Source: Planctopirus limnophila DSM 3776 (GTDB lineage: Bacteria; Planctomycetota; Planctomycetia; Planctomycetales; Planctomycetaceae). From it: DNA of 32,000 bases. Location of the stretch: positions 3,420,001-3,452,000 of the forward strand of contig NC_014148.1 in NCBI RefSeq assembly GCF_000092105.1. Reading direction: 5' to 3'. Made by a program: the position numbers and the translations under genes. The notes under the pieces were generated by a model. It was given only the letters and a program-made list of their open reading frames with translations. It was not told where the DNA came from and ran no database searches. Each line of letters starts with the position of its first letter. Position 1 is the first letter of the stretch. Shown here piece after piece: positions 17,575 through 24,923 of the stretch.

Positions 17575-18987
17575 ATGATCACCACTCCCGAACAAATCGA
17601 CGCCTGGCGTGCGGCACGCTCGGAACATCAAAACCTCGAATTCAAAGAGGCCAAGAACCAATTCGATAACCGCAAGCTCTTCCGCTATTGCGTCGCTTTG
17701 GCCAACGAAGGGGGCGGGCACTTGCTGCTGGGAATCGAAGACGTTCCACCTCGCAAAGTGGTGGGAACGGCTGCATTCAACGATCCGGTGGAGATGGCCG
17801 CGAAGATATTTCAAACTTTGAACTTTCGAGTCGAAATCGAGGAAGTTGCTCATCCCGATGGCCGTGTTCTCGTGTTTCATATCCCCAGCCGGCCCTTGGG
17901 AACCGCCTATCAATACGAAGGTGCTTACCTGATGCGGGCGGGCGAAGAGCTTGTCGCGATGAGCGAAGATCGCTTGCGGCAAATCTTTTCCGAAGGTCAA
18001 CCTAATTGGCTTTCACAACCCGCAAAGACCGATGCCAGTGACGATGAGGTCATTGCGTTGCTCGACACGCAGGCTTACTTCGACCTGATGAAGTTGCCCT
18101 ATCCTACCCAACGAACGGGCGTTCTGGAAAGATTGGCGAGCGAAGGATTGATCAAAGGCGACTCGAATGGGTGGGAGATTTCGAACCTCGCTGCCATTCT
18201 TCTGGCGAAAAGACTCGATGGGTTCTCGCACGCACTGGCAAGGAAAGCGCCCCGTGTGGTGATCTACGACGGTGTGAACAAACTCAAGACAAAAGATGAC
18301 AAACCCGGAATGCGGGGCTACGCCGTAGGATTCGAGGCGTTAGTGGACTTTGTGCATTCGGCCGCACCGCAGAATCGGTTCATCGAAGAAGCCGTGCGAA
18401 AAGAAGTCAAAATGTTCCCGAAGCAAGCCCTTCGCGAACTTATTGCGAATGCACTTGTTCATCAAGACTTTCTGATGACCGGAGCATCCGTGATGATCGA
18501 GATGTACGACGATCGAGTGGAAATCTCGAATCCCGGACTTCCACCGATCCAGGTCGAGCGATTCATTGATGAGTATCGCTCCCGAAACGAACGCCTGGCC
18601 GATCTGATGCGTCGGCTGGGAATCTGCGAGGAGAAAGGCAGTGGCATCGACAAGGTGATCAGTGCGTCGGAAGTGTTTCAACTTCCCGCCCCAGATTTTC
18701 GCGCCGGAGAGTTGCGAACCACGGCTGTCCTGTTCGCCCATCAAGATTTTCCGGTCATGACAAAGGCGGATCGCATCCGAGCGTGCTATCAGCACTGTTG
18801 CTTGCAGTACGTGAGCGGGCAGCGGATGTCAAATCAGTCGCTCCGGCAGCGGTTCGGAGTGGACGATTCAAAAGTTGCAACCGTGTCGTTGGTGATCACC
18901 GCGACGAAAGACGAAGGTCTGATCAAAGCGGATGATTCTGAAAGCAGTTCGACTCGTTACGCTCGGTATCTGCCGTTCTGGGCGTAA
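17575..18987 (+). CDS. AlbA_2 (Schlafen-like) / HATPase_c_4 ATP-binding protein with C-terminal wHTH, embedded in the R-M operon
   Basis: 470 aa. The N-terminal block EHQNLEFKEAKNQFDNRKLFRYCVALANEGGGHLLLGIED is typical of the AlbA_2 putative DNA-binding domain. The central block KQALRELIANALVHQDF...IEMYDDRVEISNPGLPP...RSRNERLADLMRRLGICEEKGSGIDKV is typical of the RecG-C-terminal-like HATPase_c_4 module. GGAG lies 11 nt upstream of the ATG, and the gene starts 15 nt after the hsdS stop. Confidence 0.8.
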   Translation: MITTPEQIDAWRAARSEHQNLEFKEAKNQFDNRKLFRYCVALANEGGGHLLLGIEDVPPRKVVGTAAFNDPVEMAAKIFQTLNFRVEIEEVAHPDGRVLVFHIPSRPLGTAYQYEGAYLMRAGEELVAMSEDRLRQIFSEGQPNWLSQPAKTDASDDEVIALLDTQAYFDLMKLPYPTQRTGVLERLASEGLIKGDSNGWEISNLAAILLAKRLDGFSHALARKAPRVVIYDGVNKLKTKDDKPGMRGYAVGFEALVDFVHSAAPQNRFIEEAVRKEVKMFPKQALRELIANALVHQDFLMTGASVMIEMYDDRVEISNPGLPPIQVERFIDEYRSRNERLADLMRRLGICEEKGSGIDKVISASEVFQLPAPDFRAGELRTTAVLFAHQDFPVMTKADRIRACYQHCCLQYVSGQRMSNQSLRQRFGVDDSKVATVSLVITATKDEGLIKADDSESSSTRYARYLPFWA

Positions 18988-19082
18988 GTGCTTTAATGCA
19001 AAAGGAAATCCACAACCACCTAAGACGCAATGTATTGACATGAAAAGACTTGTGCTCTTTAACGCAATCCAGAATGCATGCT

Positions 19083-19229
19083 CTGAACGAAGCCAAAACC
19101 AGAGCCGACCGCATCAACACCACGCGCGCCGGTGCCAGTTGGGGAGTCATCGAAGGAAACCGTATGTGGCAGGGATATCCGATTGCTATGAGACTTCTCG
19201 AAGGCTTTAGCCAGTGCGGCACAGCTTGA
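19083..19229 (+). pseudogene. decayed 5' fragment of a second hsdR allele (first about 48 codons, start codon lost)
   Basis: Translated in frame, it reads (L)NEAKTRADRINTTRAGASWGVIEGNRMWQGYPIAMRLLEGFSQCGTA*. This aligns without gaps to the N-terminus of the intact HsdR at 20345 (MNEAETRAEHIDPALAAAGWGVVAGSRIRREYPIAPGRLEGFGRRGK), at about 50 percent amino-acid identity by hand count. ATG is replaced by CTG, and similarity ends at a TGA at 19227-19229. Confidence 0.7.
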
Positions 19230-19280
19230 TCAACGAATTTAGTAGACCGAGTTTTCACTGGGGCACTCCAGGAACCGCAG

Positions 19281-20339
19281 ATGGCCGACGAAACACCTCC
19301 CTCCGAGATGATTCTGTACCAGACCGAAGATGGCAGGACTCGCATCCAGTGCCGCTTCGAGAACGAAACCATTTGGCTGACGCAGGCCCTGATCGCTGAA
19401 TTGTTCCAGGTCACTCCGCAAAACGTGACACTCCATCTGAAGGCGATCTACCGGGAAGGGGAACTCGACGAGGGGGCAACTTGTAAGGATTGCTTACAAG
19501 TTCGATCCGAAGGAGGCCGCGAAGTCACTCGCAAACTTCGCCATTACAGCCTGCCTGTCATTCTGGCCGTTGGTTATCGCGTTCGCAGTCATCGCGGCAC
19601 CCAGTTTCGCCAGTGGGCGACGGCCCGCTTGAGCGAATACCTGGTCAAAGGGTTCGCGATGGACGACGAGCGGCTCAAGAATCCGCCCGGCAAAGGTCAA
19701 AAAGACTACTTCGACGAGCTGCTGGAACGCATTCGAGACATCCGCTCCAGCGAACGGCGGTTCTATCAGAAAGTCCTCGACATTTATGCGACCAGTGTCG
19801 ATTACTCGCCGAAAACGGAGACCTCGCAGGAGTTCTTCGCCACAGTGCAAAACAAAATGCACTGGGCGGCACACGGTCACACTGCCGCCGAAGTGATCCA
19901 TCGCCGAGCCGACGCCAACCAGCCACTGATGGGAATGAAATCAACCCGTCCGGGCGGTGTGATCCGCAAAGATGATGTCTCAATCGCCAAGAACTACCTC
20001 AACGAGGACGAACTGCAGGCTTTGAATCGCATCGTCAATGCCTATCTCGAATTTGCCGAGCTGCAGGCGCTCAACCGAAAACCGATGACAATGGTCGACT
20101 GGATCGTCAAACTGGATGATTTCCTGAAGTTGTCGGGACGTGAATTGCTGCAACACGCTGGAAAAATTTCCGCTGAAGACGCCCGCAACAAGGCAGAAGC
20201 CGAGTACGCGCGCTATCGACAGTTTTTAGACTCCCAGCCGCGCCGAGTGGACGACGACCTGGAGCAAGCCGCAAAAGAGATTCAGAAACTTCCGAAGCCG
20301 AAAAGGCCAAGAAAACCCAAAGACGGCAGTGAAGGTTGA
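19281..20339 (+). CDS. rhuM: RhuM-family protein (virulence protein RhuM-like), embedded in the R-M operon
   Basis: 352 aa. The N-terminal and central blocks are characteristic of the RhuM family: MILYQTEDGRTRIQCRFENETIWLTQALIAELFQVTPQNVTLHLKAIY, YSLPVILAVGYRVRSHRGTQFRQWATARLSEYLVKGF and DYFDELLERIRDIRSSERRFYQKV. Its stop lies 5 nt before the hsdR ATG. Confidence 0.85.
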   Translation: MADETPPSEMILYQTEDGRTRIQCRFENETIWLTQALIAELFQVTPQNVTLHLKAIYREGELDEGATCKDCLQVRSEGGREVTRKLRHYSLPVILAVGYRVRSHRGTQFRQWATARLSEYLVKGFAMDDERLKNPPGKGQKDYFDELLERIRDIRSSERRFYQKVLDIYATSVDYSPKTETSQEFFATVQNKMHWAAHGHTAAEVIHRRADANQPLMGMKSTRPGGVIRKDDVSIAKNYLNEDELQALNRIVNAYLEFAELQALNRKPMTMVDWIVKLDDFLKLSGRELLQHAGKISAEDARNKAEAEYARYRQFLDSQPRRVDDDLEQAAKEIQKLPKPKRPRKPKDGSEG

Positions 20340-20344
20340 ACACC

Positions 20345-22780
20345 ATGAACGAGGCGGAAACCAGAGCCGAACACATCGACCCAGCGCTCGCCGCCGCTGG
20401 CTGGGGAGTCGTTGCAGGGAGCCGTATTCGGCGGGAGTACCCCATCGCTCCAGGACGGCTTGAAGGGTTTGGCCGGCGCGGGAAATCACTTACTGCCGAT
20501 TACGTGTTGGAATACCGCAATACAAAACTCGCTATCGTCGAGGCCAAGGCCTGGGATGAAGAACTGACCGAAGGGGTCGGCCAGGCAAAGAACTATGCCG
20601 AAAAACTCGAAGTTCGCTTCACTTACTCGACCAATGGACAAGGGATCTACGGCATCGACATGCGGGAGGGAACCGAAGAGGAAGTCCCCCGATATCCGAC
20701 ACCCGATGAACTGTGGAATCTTACTTTCGCCGAACAGAACGCCTGGCGCGACCGATTCGCCGCGATTCCGTTTGAAGACCGGGGCGGCTACTTCCAGGGC
20801 CGCTACTATCAGGACATCGCCATCGAGCGGGTACTGGAAGCCATCGCCGCCGGGAAGCCGCGAATTCTGCTCACACTGGCGACCGGTACGGGCAAGACGT
20901 TCATCGCGTTTCAACTCGCCTGGAAGCTGTTCCAGAGCCGCTGGAATCTGAGCCGCGAACCGTCACGCCGTCCACGCATTCTGTTCCTCGCCGATCGAAA
21001 CATTCTTGCCAACCAGGCCTTCAATGCCTTTTCCGCTTTCCCGGAAGATGCAATGGTGCGGATCGAACCAGGCGAAATCAAAAAGAAAGGCAAAGTCCCC
21101 AAGAACGGCAGCCTGTTCTTCACGATCTTCCAGACGTTCATGAGTGGACCACCCAAAAACGGTGAGCCGTCCCCCTACTTCGGCGAATATCCGGCGGACT
21201 TTTTCGACTTCATTGTCATCGACGAATGCCATCGGGGCGGCGCAAACGACGAAAGCACCTGGCGCGGCATCCTCGACTATTTCGCTCCTGCCGTGCAGCT
21301 CGGCCTGACCGCGACGCCCAAGCGGAAAGACAACGTCGACACCTATGCATACTTCGGCGAACCCGTCTACGTCTATTCGCTGAAAGATGGCATCAACGAC
21401 GGCTTCCTGACGCCGTTCAAGGTGAAGCAGATTTCCACCACGCTGGATAACTACATCTACACTGCTGACGACGAACTGATCGAAGGAGAGATTGAGGAGG
21501 GCAAGCGGTACGAGGAGAAAGACTTCAACACGATCATCGAGATCCGCGAACGGGAAGCGTATCGTGTGAAGTTGTTTATGGAGTTAATCGACCAGCGGCA
21601 GAAGACTCTTGTCTTCTGTGCCACTCAGATTCATGCGCTGGTAGTTCGCGACCTGATCAATCAGATCAAGACGAGCAAAGAACCGAACTACTGTGTTCGT
21701 GTGACCGCAGATGATGGCAGCCTGGGGGAACAGTATCTGCGGGACTTTCAGGACAACGAAAAAAGTATTCCGACGATTCTGACGACATCGCAAAAGCTCT
21801 CGACTGGCGTCGATGCGCGAAACGTGCGAAATATTGTGCTGATGCGGCCAATCAAGTCCATCATCGAATTCAAGCAGATCGTCGGCCGCGGGACTCGCCT
21901 CTACGACGGTAAGGATTACTTTACGATCTACGATTTCGTCGAGGCTCATCACCATTTTGCCGACCCCGAATGGGACGGCGAACCAGTCGATGATGAACCA
22001 TGCGAGAAGTGTGGACAGAATCCTTGTGAATGCATAAAGCCCCCCTCTCAGCCGTGCGAAGAATGCGGGGAAAGCCCATGCGTTTGTGTTCCAAACCCGT
22101 GCTCGAATTGCGGCAAACAGCCGTGCGAATGCCCCCGGGAGCCATGTTCCCAATGCGGGAAAATGCGGTGCAAGTGCCAGCGCAAACGCATCACAAGGGT
22201 CAAACTGGCCGACGGCAAGGAACGAACGATCCAGCACATGATGGCAACGAGCTTTTGGCATCCGGATGGAACACCCATGTCGGCTCAGCAATTCATGCAA
22301 AGCCTATACGGCAAATTCCCCGACTTCTTCAGCGACGAGACCGAACTACGAACGCTGTGGAGTTCGCCGGACACACGGGCCAAACTGCTGGAAGGGCTGG
22401 CAGAAAAAGGATTCGGCTCCGACCAGATGGCTGAGATGCAACGGATCATCGACGCCGAAAAGAGCGACCTGTTTGACGTGTTGGCCCACGTTGCCTTTGC
22501 CCTGACACCGCTGACCCGCGAAGAACGCGCCGCCCGTGCAAAGCTGGAAATTAGTACTCACTTCGATGACAAGCGGCAGGCATTTCTTGCATTTGTGCTG
22601 GCGCAATACGTGAAGGAAGGCGTGGGCGAACTGGACTCGGACAAACTCGGCCCACTGCTGAAACTCAAATACAACAATGCCATCGCGGATGCGGTCATCG
22701 ACCTGGGACGCCCCGAAGAGATTGGCAAAGTGTTCAATGGATTCCAGAAATTCCTTTACCAGTCGCAAACCGTTGTTTGA
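20345..22780 (+). CDS. hsdR: type I restriction enzyme, R subunit (EcoEI-like architecture: HSDR_N nuclease, SF2 helicase, EcoEI_R_C tail) with a Cys-rich insertion
   Basis: The start is set at ATG 20345 (MNEAETRAEHIDPALAAAGW); the track uses TTG at 20336. The nuclease core is ADYVL...AIVEAK. Helicase motif I is LATGTGKTFIAF, motif II is VIDECHRG, and the run continues with LGLTATPKR and later motifs. The C-terminal block SDLFDVLAHVAFALTPLTREERA is typical of the EcoEI R C-terminal domain. A 4x CxxCGxxxCxC block lies at 21998-22180. Confidence 0.9.
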   Translation: MNEAETRAEHIDPALAAAGWGVVAGSRIRREYPIAPGRLEGFGRRGKSLTADYVLEYRNTKLAIVEAKAWDEELTEGVGQAKNYAEKLEVRFTYSTNGQGIYGIDMREGTEEEVPRYPTPDELWNLTFAEQNAWRDRFAAIPFEDRGGYFQGRYYQDIAIERVLEAIAAGKPRILLTLATGTGKTFIAFQLAWKLFQSRWNLSREPSRRPRILFLADRNILANQAFNAFSAFPEDAMVRIEPGEIKKKGKVPKNGSLFFTIFQTFMSGPPKNGEPSPYFGEYPADFFDFIVIDECHRGGANDESTWRGILDYFAPAVQLGLTATPKRKDNVDTYAYFGEPVYVYSLKDGINDGFLTPFKVKQISTTLDNYIYTADDELIEGEIEEGKRYEEKDFNTIIEIREREAYRVKLFMELIDQRQKTLVFCATQIHALVVRDLINQIKTSKEPNYCVRVTADDGSLGEQYLRDFQDNEKSIPTILTTSQKLSTGVDARNVRNIVLMRPIKSIIEFKQIVGRGTRLYDGKDYFTIYDFVEAHHHFADPEWDGEPVDDEPCEKCGQNPCECIKPPSQPCEECGESPCVCVPNPCSNCGKQPCECPREPCSQCGKMRCKCQRKRITRVKLADGKERTIQHMMATSFWHPDGTPMSAQQFMQSLYGKFPDFFSDETELRTLWSSPDTRAKLLEGLAEKGFGSDQMAEMQRIIDAEKSDLFDVLAHVAFALTPLTREERAARAKLEISTHFDDKRQAFLAFVLAQYVKEGVGELDSDKLGPLLKLKYNNAIADAVIDLGRPEEIGKVFNGFQKFLYQSQTVV

Positions 22781-22878
22781 TGAATATGACCTAAAAATAT
22801 CCAATGGAAGAAACGTTCTATTCGTGGAGTCACGGCCTGCCGAGAGGAGCCCACCAGGTAAATAACGGGTGACTTCCT

Positions 22879-23142
22879 TTACTTTCGACTCGCGACGACA
22901 TCAGAGTCTTTCAATGGCGAGGCACCCCCTACAATTTCCAGAATCGCCCGCTGGAGGTGCCTGGGTAGAGTTGGCCAGGCTTCGACGATTGCCCTCACTT
23001 CACGATCATTCTGTGAGGACTGATGACTCTGAGTGTCAGCCGGTGACAGGGGTCGATTCAATGGCGCTGCAACAGGCGCTGCAAGGCTACTGAGGCCATC
23101 AAGTAACTCATTGCTATTTAAAGTAGTTACGGAAAACGTCAT
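22879..23142 (-). CDS. hypothetical 87-aa ORF at the extreme right end of the island (start codon 2 nt from the att repeat)
   Basis: The ATG at 23142-23140 abuts the attR core, which starts at 23145. The ORF is in frame with the integrase ORF across a reconstituted attP (see findings). It contains the helix-like motif AIVEAWPTLPRHLQRAILEIV. No independent promoter or RBS is evident inside the island. Confidence 0.4.
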   Translation of the reverse strand: MTFSVTTLNSNELLDGLSSLAAPVAAPLNRPLSPADTQSHQSSQNDREVRAIVEAWPTLPRHLQRAILEIVGGASPLKDSDVVASRK

Positions 23143-23144
23143 TT

Positions 23145-23214
23145 GGTCTTGAAAACCGGCATACCCGCAAGGGTATCCAGGGTTCGAATCCCTGTCTCTC
23201 CGCTGACTTTTCTT
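23145..23214 (+). repeat. attR: right copy of the direct repeat (displaced 3' fragment of tRNA-Ser, not a functional tRNA)
   Basis: It has the same sequence as 10952-11021 but lacks the 5' acceptor strand, the D arm and most of the 5' strand of the anticodon stem (upstream flank ...aaaacgtcattt). Confidence 0.9.
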
Positions 23215-23323
23215 GCTAACCGGTGATGTCCATTGGTCTTTGGTTCTACCTCGCCTGAATGAAGGTTGGGTTCAATCGGAGAGCACAGTCCGATGGCTCG
23301 AATTTTCCTGATCGAGTACTGCT

Positions 23324-24883
23324 TCAAGAAGAACTTTTTCTCTTCTGGGCTGGACGTGGGGAACCATCTGGCGGATTGGCGTGGTTGGGGCCGGGGCCTT
23401 GATATTGCTCCCAGTAGGCTTTGTGAAAGGGATTGACCGCTGGTCCTTCGATGCTCTCATTCTCCATCTTTGGCACAACTGAAAGCCACCACGCGTCGTA
23501 GATCTTCTTGAGTTCTTCCACACGATCGGGATACTTTTTTGCCAGGTTGATCTTCTCCGCAGGGTCTTCCGCAAGCTGATAGAGCTCCCATTGGGGCTCA
23601 CCCTGTTTCACATTGGAAATCAGCTTCCAATCTCCCAGCCGGATCGCACATTTGGCGTATTGATACGTCGATGGTTCACGCTTGGGGTCATGCTCTTTGG
23701 GCCAGCGACCTACGTGAGTGATGAATGGCCTTGGAGGCCAATTCGGCGAGCGTCCTGCCAATAGCGGCACCAGTGATCGTCCCTGCCACGACTGTTTTTC
23801 GTCGTCGGCTACAGGAACATTCGCCAACTCAGTGAGGGTGGGAAGAATATCATAATGGCAAGTCACCTCCTGACGAACCTGCGGCTGCCAATGTCCCGCC
23901 CATGACCAGAAGGCGGGCACGCGGATTCCCCCTTCATAAGGTGTCCCTTTATTCGCCCGCATCCCTGCCGAAAAATGTTTGGCCCCGGTGGCAGATCCGT
24001 TGTCGGTCATAAAAATCACAATCGTATCTTTCGATATATCACGATCCTCCAAAGCCTTTAGAAGGCGGCCTAATTGATCATCCCAGTGAGTAATCATGCC
24101 ATAGAACCTGGCGACATCTTCGGGAACATGCTCAAGATATGGCTCATAATATTCTTTAGGGCAATCGAGTGGCGCATGCGGCGCATTCGGGGTGATATAG
24201 CAGAAGAAAGGCTGATTGTCGGGTTGGGATGAAATCCAGGTAATTGCCTGATCGACAAAGACCTTTGTACAATAGCCATTGGTCGCCACAAACTTTCCAT
24301 TGTGACGAATCACTGGATTAAAGTACTTATTGAGAGGAGCATCACCACAACTCCCGGGATATGACTGACCAATCCCGCCTCCGCCATGGATAAACACTTC
24401 ATCGAAACCACGTTTTCCAGGCTGATAAGCATCTTCATCACCCAAATGCCACTTACCAAATATTCCTGTCGTATAACCGGCCCGCTTGAGAAACTGCGGA
24501 AGAATTGTCGCTTTGAGTGAAAGTCGCTCTCGCTCCAGAATCGTATGTGTGACGCCGCTGCTGAACTCATGACGGCTGGTCATGATGGAGGCACGCGTTG
24601 GTGCGCAAGTCGGGCTGACATGGAATTGCTCGAATCGCACACTCTGCCGGCCCAATTGATCAAGATGAGGTGTTTTGACAACAGGATTTCCATGTAGCGA
24701 AAGATCGCCATAGCCCTGATCGTCAGTCATCATCAGGATGATGTTCGGACGAGTTTTCGATTCATCCGCCTCGACGATTCTGGCAATTGTCAACCCTGCG
24801 CCTATGACCGTAGCGATCATGGAGAAGATCGCCAGTTGCCTGAAACACACTCGACATTTAATCACGTTTTGATCAATCGGCAT
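23324..24883 (-). CDS. arylsulfatase (formylglycine-dependent sulfatase family), secreted
   Basis: 519 aa with an N-terminal hydrophobic signal or anchor (LAIFSMIATVIGAGLTIA). Sulfatase signatures are ILMMTDDQGYGDLS, the SPTCAPTRASIMTSRH (C-x-P-x-R) site, GKWHLG and FMTDNG. Confidence 0.9.
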   Translation of the reverse strand: MPIDQNVIKCRVCFRQLAIFSMIATVIGAGLTIARIVEADESKTRPNIILMMTDDQGYGDLSLHGNPVVKTPHLDQLGRQSVRFEQFHVSPTCAPTRASIMTSRHEFSSGVTHTILERERLSLKATILPQFLKRAGYTTGIFGKWHLGDEDAYQPGKRGFDEVFIHGGGGIGQSYPGSCGDAPLNKYFNPVIRHNGKFVATNGYCTKVFVDQAITWISSQPDNQPFFCYITPNAPHAPLDCPKEYYEPYLEHVPEDVARFYGMITHWDDQLGRLLKALEDRDISKDTIVIFMTDNGSATGAKHFSAGMRANKGTPYEGGIRVPAFWSWAGHWQPQVRQEVTCHYDILPTLTELANVPVADDEKQSWQGRSLVPLLAGRSPNWPPRPFITHVGRWPKEHDPKREPSTYQYAKCAIRLGDWKLISNVKQGEPQWELYQLAEDPAEKINLAKKYPDRVEELKKIYDAWWLSVVPKMENESIEGPAVNPFHKAYWEQYQGPGPNHANPPDGSPRPAQKRKSSS

Positions 24884-24923
24884 AAAAGATCTCTCCGGGT
24901 TGAGAGGTTCTAGCTACTGGAAG

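Larger units (their letters stand above)
10952..23214. mobile_element. 12.3-kb tRNA-Ser-integrated genomic island (integrase/excisionase/Rep module plus type I R-M cargo)
   Basis: The island is bounded by the 62-bp perfect direct repeat derived from the tRNA 3' end. A tyrosine integrase and an AlpA-type excisionase sit directly inside attL, and a Rep_trans-like initiator is present. The flanking genes (pilin-like genes, arylsulfatase) are ordinary chromosomal genes. Confidence 0.85.

Noticed and set aside
18923-19414. 163-aa minus-strand ORF across the AlbA_2/rhuM gap.
   Set aside because: It runs antisense to the 3' end of the AlbA_2 gene, the hsdR remnant and the 5' end of rhuM. It has no recognisable motifs, and the plus-strand homology to HsdR explains the region better.
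23145-23214. A possible second tRNA-Ser gene.
   Set aside because: Only the 3' 58 nt are present. The 5' acceptor strand, the D arm and most of the 5' anticodon stem are missing, so this is an att-site remnant rather than a gene.
23139-23327. 62-aa minus-strand ORF (MKQYSIRKIRAIGL...GIRTLDTLAGMPVFKTK).
   Set aside because: It is a read-through of the displaced tRNA-Ser 3' fragment (attR) in a different frame, and the GIRTLDTLAGMPVFKTK peptide is just antisense tRNA sequence. There is no coding support.
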